Position numbers and translations under genes: made by a program
Notes under the pieces: model-generated
Told to the model about the DNA's origin: nothing
Databases searched by the model: none
The model's input: the letters and a program-made list of their open reading frames with translations, nothing else
Shown here: positions 48,632 to 59,286 of the stretch, piece after piece
How the letters are laid out: every line of letters starts with the position of its first letter
Position numbering within the stretch: position 1 is the stretch's first letter
From: Macrostomum hystrix
Taxonomy: Eukaryota; Animalia; Platyhelminthes
DNA: 64,000 nucleotides
Direction of reading: 5' to 3'
NCBI GenBank assembly: GCA_950097015.1
Contig: CATNEN010000038.1
Span: 12,400,001-12,464,000 of the forward strand

Positions 48632-48987
48632 GCCTAATTGACTGGAATGTACATACAGCTGCCTAATTGACTGGAATGTACATACAGCTGCATAATTGAT
48701 TGGAATGTACATACAGCTGCCTAATTGACTGGAATGTACATACAGCTGCCTAATTGACTGGAATGTACATACAGCTGCTTAATTGACTGGAATGTACATA
48801 CAGCTGCTTAATTGACTGGAATGTACATACAGCTGCCTAATTGACTGGAATGTACATACAGCTGCCTAATTGACTGGAATGTACATAAAGCTGCCTAATT
48901 GACTGGAATGTACATACAGCTGCATAATTGACTGGAATGTACATACAACTGCCTAATTGACTGGAATGTACATACAGCTGCCTAATT
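48632..48987. repeat. 29-bp minisatellite (gcctaattgactggaatgtacatacagct)n, ~12 units
   Basis: Head-to-tail, highly homogeneous, no spacers. Confidence 0.95.
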
Positions 48988-50076
48988 TACGGCTCGTGCA
49001 ATACAGAAGCTACCAGATTGAGCGGAATTAAACGCAAACATTAGAGTGTTGAAGCTTACGAAAGGAATAACATTGAAGAGTTAAACGGCCCATTTAAGGA
49101 CCGCCAGTTTAAACATATCTACTGGATTGTGGTGACAGCAGTGAAATAAAAGATAGCCCCGTTAAAACTTTGTTGGCGTTAGTAAATTATTATTAAAAAG
49201 GCCTATATCAATAAATCAGGCCCATAACAACTTTGGTGGCATTCAGTGAGATCAGTTATTAATAATATAACCCTAGTACAACTTTAGGTGTCATTCGGTA
49301 GGATTCTAATCATTATTGAAGTACATCTGTAACAATAAAGGTAACTAACTATTTTAAATCATTTAAATGATTTTTACTAGAATTAGAGGGGGTGTGCATG
49401 TGATGGGTTAAAAAGTCTATCATTTGACAGGCCGATAGAGAAGAAAAAGATCTTTTATGATCGGGAGGGGATTTAAAATCTCAAGGTCACACAGGATGCG
49501 TCATCGGGAATCGTAGCGCACATGGTAAGGGGGTAAGGGCAATGGATTAGCCGAAAAATTGAAACAACGCCCTAAAAGTCACTGTTCAGTAACGTTAAAT
49601 TGGCAGGCCGAATTCAGTATAAATTTGAACCGTTGGAAACAGTCAACAGACAAGCAACATGTTCGAAATCTAATTACGAATATAGTATATGGTACTTGTA
49701 TAGATTCTATTATCTCAACGCTGTAGACCTAAATTATTAAAGAAAACACGAAGGGATTGAATCGAAAAAAAGTAAGAAAGCTAGCAGAATACTGAAAGCG
49801 CGTTGCTAGGACCGCTAGGTGAAACGGTGAAACGTTATTCATTCCGTCAGATAGGACAAGTGTGCATGAAATAGCAGAGCAGAATGTGAATCTCTCACTC
49901 CTTCTGTATGAACCTCTCACAATATCTTACTTGCACACAATTCTTTGCGACACAAGATACTATGGCTAGAGCATGAAAGAGAGACACTATTTAAAAGGCC
50001 ACAGCTAGAGCTGCTGCTAGACATACTGCACAATAGTCAAGCACAAGAACTGAAGGATTTTGCATGAGCTGCAGTT

Positions 50077-51566
50077 ATGTCGTCTCATCAGCAGGAGCAG
50101 GAACAGCGGGACACGGACATTGTCAGTAATCTAGACACAGCTCAGATTGCTGAGTTCAGAGACGCATTTGCATACTTTGACAAGGACGGAGACGGGTTCA
50201 TCTCGCACTCGGAGCTGGCCTACATAATGCGCACTTTCGGCTATAAGGCCAACGATGAGCAAATACAGGTGTGACTTAAGTAAAGTATATATATTTATTC
50301 AGTTGAGTTTTTGAAGCCTTCGATAAACTGGGTTGCTGTGTGTTACGAAATAAAAATGGACCGTGTCTAGTCCGGCTTTTTTTCGCAGTTTTCGGAAATA
50401 CACGAGTTCAGTAGTACAGGGGTCAGTAGCCCAAACGCTCAACTTGCCACATTGGGCACTGGTATTCGCATACAGCACACCCCACATGTATTTGAACTGC
50501 TGAAAGGTAGAAAGACCACGGGGCGGGTACAAAAATACAAATGTTTCTTTTTGTCTGTATCTCCTAAAGTACTCAACCAATCGCCATCAAAATCCAGAAC
50601 ACAGGCTAAAATTTTCAGCTCATTGGTCTGAAAAACAACTTTCAGAATGACAAAACATATGTGTCGGTGAGATGTTCACCGATTCTGTCTGATTGTATAA
50701 ACCACCAATATAGGCAAATTTTTATTTTCACGAAACTGCATAATGCAGCTATTAGTGTTGATTGATTGATTGATTCTTCAACAAGAATCGATGAGGTCGA
50801 AGGGCGCAAAGGGCGAAAAGTTTTTATCCATATGGCCGAGTTTCACGAAAATCGGTTATTCTGTTTCGGAGCTATCCTCAAGTTCGCAGTGCCGTGATCA
50901 ATCCCAGAGGGGAGAATAGCGTAGTATTTGTTTTTATCATCCTAACTACGTTCCATCGCCATATTGTACCTCAAGCTAGCTTCATTTCCTTATTCTCCAT
51001 TGAAACTGAATCAATATACTGCAATAGATTAGACCTTCATCATTAGCATATTCATAAAAACTGGTACTCGAAATTCAATCATTCGCGCGTACTGCAAAAA
51101 TAGCCACTGCGTATTGAAAAATGCTACAAGACATTCCTACACAATCACCTTTTACATCCTAAGAAAGTATCATTTACCATTCTATGTCCAAAGAATCGAT
51201 GTACAATTAAATACTATGCATCTTCCCGTCCAGGCTATGCTTGACTTCGTAGATGACGACGGGGATGGTCAGATCGACTTCACCGAGTTCGTCACCGTGC
51301 TGGTCCGCGGCCTCACTGCCGACGACTCGCGAGCCGACCTGCGCCGCGCGTTCGCCATATTCGACACCGACGGCTCAGGGACCATCGACCCAGACGAGCT
51401 GGTGCAGTTCATGACTGCGCTCGGTGAGCCGGTCACAATGGCCGAGGCCCGCGACATGATCAAGCAGACAGACGTGGACGGCGATGGTCAAATTGACTTT
51501 CGTGAGTTTGTTCGGCTAGCCATGGGCAGCGTACGGCCTGGAAGATCCATCGAGGAGCTGCTGTGA
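50077..51566 (+). CDS. Calmodulin-like EF-hand protein, 2 exons, 174 aa
   Basis: Exons 50077-50268 and 51234-51566 (phase 0). Four canonical loops: DKDGDGFISHSE, DDDGDGQIDFTE, DTDGSGTIDPDE, DVDGDGQIDFRE. QIAEFRDAF start; TATA-like tatttaaaag at ~49988. Too divergent to be true calmodulin. Confidence 0.92.
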
Positions 51567-52124
51567 ACGTAGCTTCGGGGAACATTAAACTTTTTATAGC
51601 TTTGAAATCAAAGCACCGTGGCATTTCAGTGAATATTACAGATTTATAACTTCGAGTTGTGAGCTTCAGGACCTTCGACCTAAAGAAAATTTCAAAGTAA
51701 AAAAATTGAATCTAGAAAACACGGATTTTGACGGAAAACACGGAGGAGTCGTTCATCATAGTCATCCTAACATATAAAATATTATGTTCGATTATAAACT
51801 GCTTCTTATACTTCGATTTACAATCGTTTAAAAAATTGTTTGAAACATATATACTCGTACATATTAGAAGTTATATAATATTAATATTACGCTTGTCTAG
51901 AAAGCGTAAATTGTTAAGTTTGTGTATGCTTCTTTTTTTACATTTTTCGTTATAAAACAACGCTTCTAGAAACGCGGAGTACATCGAGCATCAGAGAGGA
52001 ATTGTCATCGGATCTCCAAAAATTAATATAAATTAATATATAATCTCATAAATAAAATGACGTCTCCTCTGCTATCAGACAAGCAAATTTATCTAAAAAT
52101 ATATAACACCGGAAAAGTTGAGAC

Positions 52125-53400
52125 CTAAGACAAGTTGTGTGGAAGCCTTTCAGCGCTGAACAAGACGAAGCCAAAATGGCTCATAACTCCAGACCACGAG
52201 AGCGATAGCTTTTTGAGATCGGAGACCAATACGATTTGTCGCCCGACGACGGGACGGTGAGATTCTACAAGATTAGGATCACGCTCGGAAGCGACCACCT
52301 GCCAATCATTATGAGTATCTCGGGAGACAGACCGGCGGTTGTGTCTATTTGAAAGATTTTCATCAAGTTTAAAAAGGCCGCGACTCTTCAGCACAATGCT
52401 CGACTCGCTAGCTTGATCAACAAATCCAACGAATGTACACTGCGGCAAGGGGTCAACGCGGCGTAGGCAAGAGCTATTACAGCGGGCCGCTTCAAAACCC
52501 AGCTCCCCTCATGCCCCAAACACGTCCGTGATATCATGTCTGCTCGCGATCAACTCGATCAACGACACCTGGCGCGAGTTTGTCGCTTCTATTAACCCCG
52601 TAGCACCTCCAGATTATGGTCCACACTCCGTCACCTGAACGGAGGGTAAAAAGCCCCAACCATTGGCGCGCTAATTTTCGACGGCAATGTTACCAATTTT
52701 AATGCTGACGTGGCAAAGAATCTGAACATCATATTCACCCGTCCAATGCCGCATATTTCTAACCCCAAAATGCGCATCGTTAAGCGGAAAATTGCCGCCA
52801 CTCATGGCAAACCTCTGCCAACGCTAATCGCGCTCGTCTAAAGCTGTCGGCCCTGATGGGATGATGTCGTCCTTCTGCATGTGACCGACCCCAAATTATT
52901 GGTGTCACATTAAATACCAAACTCACGTTTGACCGCCATTGCGCAAAGAGCCCGCCAATACATTTAAATTCTATGCGTGGTCGCTGGTTAAACGTGGGGC
53001 TGTGACAAGGAGACTATGCTTCTCACCTTTAAGGCTCTCATCAGCCCAATCCTAGAGTACACAGCAGCAGTCTCGTCCACGTTCCAAGTCGTTCAAAACA
53101 ATGCGCTGCGGACCATTTCTCGCCGCGTCTCAGCAACCGTTGAAGCAGACCTGCATTGATGAGACGTTGCCGTCCCACCTGTGCCACCATCTCATAACGG
53201 ATGCCACGCTTCCGGCGAGGAACCGCAAGAACTCCGTCTTCACACATTGCCGACCGCAACGCTGACTGGCTCCTAGATGATGACGAGGCCCTCAAGCTAG
53301 ACAGCAGAGCTCAGCACAGGCCCTCAAGCTAGACAGCAGAGCTCAGCACAGCTTGGCGATGGTTCCCAACCATCACGATCGGTGCCAAGCGGGCAGACTG
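52125..53400 (+). mobile_element. Degraded non-LTR retrotransposon (Ingi/Vingi- or I-like), 5' piece
   Basis: Fragmentary frames: SSKAVGPDG, GVTL.TKLTF, WGCDKETMLLTFKALISPILEY, QVVQNNALRTI, with many stops and frameshifts. Confidence 0.6.
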
Positions 53401-53589
53401 GCGTGCCAGTCTGGCAAAAAAGGAACCGGGGGGCGGTGAGGCCCGCGGCAGTGATTTGAAAACCACGTCCCGCGGGCAAAACCGCACCCGACAGAGTGAT
53501 CACGGCATAACGAACCGTGGGACCTCTTTAAACAAAATCACCGTGAATCACCGGAGAGCACAGGAGAGAGAGACAAGATCGGGAGAAAC

Positions 53590-55103
53590 AGATCTTGGAC
53601 GAAGACCAAGCTGGCTTTAGGAAGGGCAGACCAATGCTGGACGCGACACAAATTCTGCTGCGATTACAAGAGGACGCACCAGCCCCGACTACAGTGGTGA
53701 CGACCCTCGCGACGCTTCCGTTGTCCTACTCGACCTCCGTGAGGCCTACCCAAGGGTCAACAAACCCGCCTTATGGGCTCTGCTACAACACTACAAAATG
53801 CCACAGGAGATAATAAAAAAACTCTGTGTGCTGCATGAGTTCACGGCCTACAAAGTAGTCAGCGGGAAGGACGTCAGTAACGAATTCTACCCACAGCGAG
53901 GCCTAAGAGAAGGGTGCGCGACCTCACCAATCCTTTTCAACATTTACCACCAAGCGGTGGTGAGAGTCGCTGAGGAAAGCAGACAACGCAGATCAGAGGA
54001 GGGTGGCTTAGAGTACGGCATCGAATGGACCTGCGTCTCGGGCCACAGCCTCCCACCACAGAGGTCGACTACATACTCGGAAGAGACGATAACAACTAGG
54101 TTAACATGCTCGCTGTTCGCCGACGACACCACCCTAATTGGAACGAGAGAGGAAATGGAGCTAGGCACCAAAACGTTCAAGGATGTCATGGCAACATTTG
54201 AAGAAAGGACCAACGACGATAAGGAAGAGAGGGCGATCTTGGGGACGTAGGAAAGTAACGACATAAGAATGCTCGGCACCTGGATGGGAAGAAAGAAAGA
54301 CATGAGCCAGCGATTACAGCGAGGCGCAAAGGCATGGCACGGCGTTAAGAACACGCCTCACGAAACGGACCCAAGCCAAAATTGTGGAGGCATGCGTGGA
54401 AAGTACCATGACCTTCAATGCCGGAGCACGCCCCTTCTACAAGGCGGACATCAAGAAGATGCAACAAGCAATGGACAAGCGCTACCGTTTCATCTGGAGC
54501 GAAAAGACCAAACCGCCTCTGGTCGAGATGCAAGAAAAGGGCGTGAACATGTGGGACGTCAGAGCTGAACTCGGCGTGGACAGTATCGCGACAAAGATCG
54601 AAATCGCCCACTGGAGACGCCTAGGCCACGACCTCCGACTGCCTCCTCCGACTCCGACACTAGCCTCACCAAGAAATGCGTGCTGGGATGGGACAAGAAG
54701 CTAGAAAACATGAGGAAAGTCAAAAGGAGACAGCGCACGATTAACAACCACTGGAAGTTAATGGTCAGGAAGGCAGGCGTCGACACCATCGACATCGACC
54801 GCATTGTCCGAGACAGAGAAAGCTGGAGGGAGACAGTGAAGCGCAGAGTGAACGCGATGCGTATGGAAGAGGCAGAACGATCCAAGAGGAACCGCAGAAC
54901 GACGGAAACAGAGAAATCAATCGCCAGTCCAGAGAACGAGCTGACAGGATACCGATGCAGATACGACGGATGCAACAAAGTCTGCGCATCCAGGGGCGGT
55001 CTAGCCATACACCAGAAGAGACTGCATAGAGAGCTCGTTGCCGTCCAATTACCGTGTGCAAAATGCCAACAGACGTTCAGAACCGAGGCAACGCGAAAGA
55101 ATC
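53590..55103 (+). mobile_element. 5'-truncated RTE-like LINE: reverse transcriptase plus C-terminal C2H2 fingers, frameshifted
   Basis: LDEDQAGFRKGR, LLDLREAYPRV, GLREGCATSPILFNIY, LFADD, LGH.LR, YRCRYDGCNKVC...IHQKRLH, CAKCQQTF...NH. Confidence 0.8.
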
Positions 55104-55235
55104 ACCATCGTGGAGGACCGGTGTCCTCACTGTGGCGAGTCCTTCCGCATGACACTCTATTTGCTTGCCAGATCCGGCCTTCCTCTCCGTCATTGACCTC
55201 TAGACGACGCGGCGCGTTTTCTTGGCCTGACGGAC
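55104..55235 (+). mobile_element. 3' end of the Ingi/Vingi-like LINE (zinc-knuckle remnant)
   Basis: EDRCPHCGES..HDT.LFAC...SVIDL...AARFLGL spread across frames. Confidence 0.5.
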
Positions 55236-55795
55236 TTCGAGATACTGACAGGCTATTAGCTGGTTATTCACACGCCCAAAAAGGGGACTGAACTAATTTT
55301 GTGTAAATTTACGGAAATTATTGTCATGCCGCGATTCGTAGTCCACTAGCACTCATGTATCGCTTTGCCTGACAATCTAACATGTACATCTATCACTGAC
55401 TCTCGCTTACTATGTACATGCCCCCACGCGCACTTTGATCGTATCGGTGGCACGCTGAGGCAAATATATAAATACAGTTTCGCCCTACTTGGAGGGCTCA
55501 CTTTTTCTTCGCAGTGACGCAATCCTGTTCAATTGAGAGTATCGGGCCCTGCTCTGTGCTATGCCAATGCACGCGCGGGCGAGAAGAAGCACCGATGCAA
55601 TCTAATAAAACTGACAGTGTCCGGCCCTATTCTAATTTAACCTTGTTTGGCCTCCTGTTGAAAGCAATAGGAAAACTCGTTTTCTGAATATTTAATACCC
55701 TTAGCATTGAGACAGAATGATTTAATTTGATCAGTCTAATCCTTTAATTAAGTGGCACCTGTTGGTGAACACAGGATAAAAAAATTGGTCTAGCC

Positions 55796-55911
55796 CACAG
55801 ATAATATATAACTGTTATATATATATAATCTGTGATAATATAACTGTTATATATATAATCTGTGATAATATAACTGTTATATATATATTATCTTATTATT
55901 TATTATCGGTG
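55796..55911. mobile_element. 116-bp AT-rich MITE (P/hAT-type), 8-bp TSD
   Basis: TSD GTCTAGCC at 55788-55795 and 55912-55919; TIR cacagataat / attatcggtg; internal triplication. Confidence 0.8.
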
Positions 55912-56504
55912 GTCTAGCCATTGTTTTTCTGGTGCGTTTGTACGAATAAATAAATAAAATAAAATAAAATAAATACACAATTTATAAGAGATTAGGATAG
56001 GATAGGATAGGATAGAATATAGGATAGAAGAAGGATGGCATTAAGATTTTTACTTTATTGAACCATTGAACCAGTTAACTTAATTGGATGCCAATAAATT
56101 GTTCCTTTCGAGTTTTGATGAAAATCAAAAAGTTACATTCTTGTACAAAGTATACCATTTGGCCATTAAATAACTGATTTTCCGGTTAAATAGTTTTAGC
56201 CAATGGCGTACAGAATTTCTATTATAAATGTTGAGCAGTTAAGACGTGGCATGTCATTTAGTTTAGGGCACTTAAACTGATGCGCTAACAAAGAGTGTGC
56301 GGTGAAAAACTTGGTCTCTAAATTAGCACTTTGATTTTCGGGAAAATTTTGTTAACTTACAAAAACAAATATACATGCGCTATCTGGTAAGCTTGATGAA
56401 TTGATAGGATAGTGAATTTGATAATTAGAAACATTTTACACTTTCAGAGAAAAACAGTTCACTAGTGTAGAATGAAGTCGCGCGGTCCGGAATTTGCTGC
56501 TTCT

Positions 56505-57932
56505 TTAGTCGAAGCCATTTGCCAAGCTGACGACAAGAATAGTTGCGAGGATCCACGGATGAGGCCGAAGCTGCTGGGCACCGCGCGGCTCAGCTGGAGC
56601 CCTAGCCGAGGACCTGACGGACGTGCAGTTGGAGTCAGCGCAGTCAGACAGCTGCCTGGCGTAGTACTGACCACCGTCGCTCAGGCTGAACAGAAGATCG
56701 CCGCTTCTCAGCCTGGCCTGCACATTTTGCACCTCCTGGTCCAGGTCCACGGATCCCGAATAGTTTCTGTTCAGATTGAACAATCGTTGGTCTCCAAGCA
56801 GCAGCTGGAATGTGATGGAGCTGTCGCCTTTGACACTCATAGGGATCCATTCGATGCCGCGCTCCCTCCAAGCCATGCGGTCAGATAGGGCGGCAGCGAA
56901 GTCGACAGCAACCTGGCCCGGGTCCAATCCAACTGCCCTGCGGCCCCTGCCGAACGCTTTGAATGCATCAACTGTAAACTCAATAACTTTCTTTCCAGCT
57001 TGGTACGTTGCATTGATAGGATCAGCAACGCAGCCAACAAAAAAATCGAATTTACAATGCCATGCAACTTCAAAGAATGACTTCCAGGTTCCGTGAAACA
57101 CTGTTAGATCACGTTCGTAAAAGGCACCCCGGATCGTGAACATAATTTTAAAAATATCCCAGCATCTGTTTTTAATGACGTCGCAGATTGACGGCTGTCC
57201 CAAAGCCGGGGCCAAGTAGCATTGTGTGTGGTGTCTGATAGCCATTTCCTTCACCTCTTGGCAGGAAGGCTGGTAGAAATCACGCATCAGAGGCACCAGC
57301 GACACTTGGAGGCACTTGCGAACGGCATCGACCCATCGGCGAGTCAGATCACTGAACCATAAATAGTTGTTATTGTACAGCTCGCAGTACTTCTTGCCGA
57401 AAGCCAGTGCGTAGCCAGTCTCAGGACCACAGGCCACTTTTCGCTCCAGACAGTCGGTGTACCAGGAGCAGTCCTCGCCTGTTGGGCTGTAGCAGCGGGG
57501 CGGCAGTGTTGTGCCAACGGAGCCCGGAGTTGGTGTGACGGCTGGGCGGCTCGGATCGCAGGAACAATCGGTTGTAACGGTGCCGAAATTCAAGTCGTGG
57601 AATTCTATCATGCATTGGTAATAGCAGTAGGTAGCGGTACGATCCTCGCATCTGAGCAGGTGGTGAGATGTGGTTGGCTGCAGGTTGTCAGTATGAGTAA
57701 AAAATTAGCTATTTTAACAGAACTGGACTCACATATGTCGGCCACCCGATTTAGTTTGAATGTACGCGTTGGTCAGGCAGGTCGCGTACTGCCAGCCGTT
57801 GTATCTCGGAATGCTAATGCAGTTATAGGCGTTAACGGGGCCCTTCGAAGCTGAGCATGAGGCGTGGACTAACGGCAGGATGGCAGCCGCAGCTGCGATG
57901 CAGATCAAGAAAAATCTGCATAAACGAAGCAT
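56505..57932 (-). CDS. Secreted, possibly GPI-anchored Cys-rich protein with a stanniocalcin-like domain, 2 exons, ~448 aa
   Basis: Exon 57932-57733 (signal peptide), phase-2 intron gtgagt...ctcag, exon 57651-56505. Core CSWY..CLE...CG...GYAL.FGKKYC....FS....W...VRKCLQ..L....CQEV...A..HH..CY....C; furin-like RGRR; hydrophobic C-terminus. Gene model is solid; family call is moderate. Confidence 0.78.
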
Positions 57933-59286
57933 TTCTAAGCTTAACAGAAGAGCGAATTTGTTCTTTTAGTTAGACTAAACTAAAAACGAAAACCCTGAGA
58001 AGCAGCGCTACCTGAAACTATTATAACAGCGCAATAAGCTCATTAAGCGGTTCTGCAAGCTTCTTGAGCTAGGGTAAGAGGCCAGATCGACGCTATTGTT
58101 TTTGGTTACCTGGTTGAGTTAAGCTTGTACGAGCGTATTCAAGCAGTTTCAATAGCTTTTCTAGACCGAATCCGTAGCCACTTTTGCAAAAGGATCGACG
58201 TAGAAGCAGAGTTCACACTATTAAGGTAGAAATAGACAAACCTAAAACCCCTGAGATTAGACTCGACACTAGGATGAGAAGTCTTGCTATACGATAGGAA
58301 AATAGCAGAACAAATGATAGAAACATATGTGGTGTGGTTCGAGATGCTCAAGTCTCTAATAACTAGCCTCGAAATTATTTCACATCAAATACATTGAAGA
58401 CAAGGCATTCAACACAGATTCTGTTGCTTACAATATTTAAAGCGTATTATTAATAGCCGCTGTAGAAAAATTAGGCGAGTTGTCTCTGGGCCATTGTTAG
58501 CTATGGTAAACCGTGTATTTTCGATCGAATTTGAGCCGACAATAACAGTACATATATATTGGTTACACATTTGCAAGAAAATCGATAAATAAAAAGCGAA
58601 CCGAAAAAATATAGAACTTTCCTAAACAAATAAAAGCATAAAAATATACAGAAAATTTATTTTATTAGGACTAACTAGCACAGGTCGATTGAAGGATACA
58701 AATTTGAAAGAAAATTGTCAAGCACAATTAATTAATAACACATTGCTAGAGTAGAGGCAAAGCGACAAATGCTTGAAAGATTGCTTGGGATCCTTGGGCG
58801 GAGCACCGGAAAGAGCTGATGTACTTCTTTATCAAATATTTTCATTGGCCTTTACACAAAGCGAGCATTAAAACAGAGTATTAAAGGGAGGCCCGATAAA
58901 AGCATTCAAATAAATAAAATGGTTTCACTTAAAAATGCTTTACTCAATTTTTTGATCCACTTACAAGCCGACGCGAGTGCGACACAGTTGGTTGTAGTCA
59001 TCGAATAACATTTTTCGGCACAACATCGAGAGATATCATTGTGATAGTATTGGTAAAAATAGAATGACGGATAGATAAAGATTGTAAATAGCACCCTGGC
59101 CTATAAGGAGCACAGCTGAGAGAATCGGTGATTCGCTAATTTCATGCAGTATAAAAATAGGACAATTGTATATAATGCGACAATAATAAGGGCAACTAAA
59201 TGAGGCGACACAACAAAGATAAATAAATAGAGATTAAGAGGATGATAAGCAATTTGCCTGACAAGTCAAAGCCGCAAGCTAATTAT

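Noticed and set aside
48632-48987. 29-bp repeat array as a CRISPR array
   Set aside because: Units are head-to-tail with no unique spacers, no cas genes are present, and the context is eukaryotic. The same applies to the 30-bp array at 60217-60790.
55322-55666. Possible solo LTR (TG start, TATA-like atatataaata, AATAAA)
   Set aside because: No matching CA end with a TSD and no second copy in the window.
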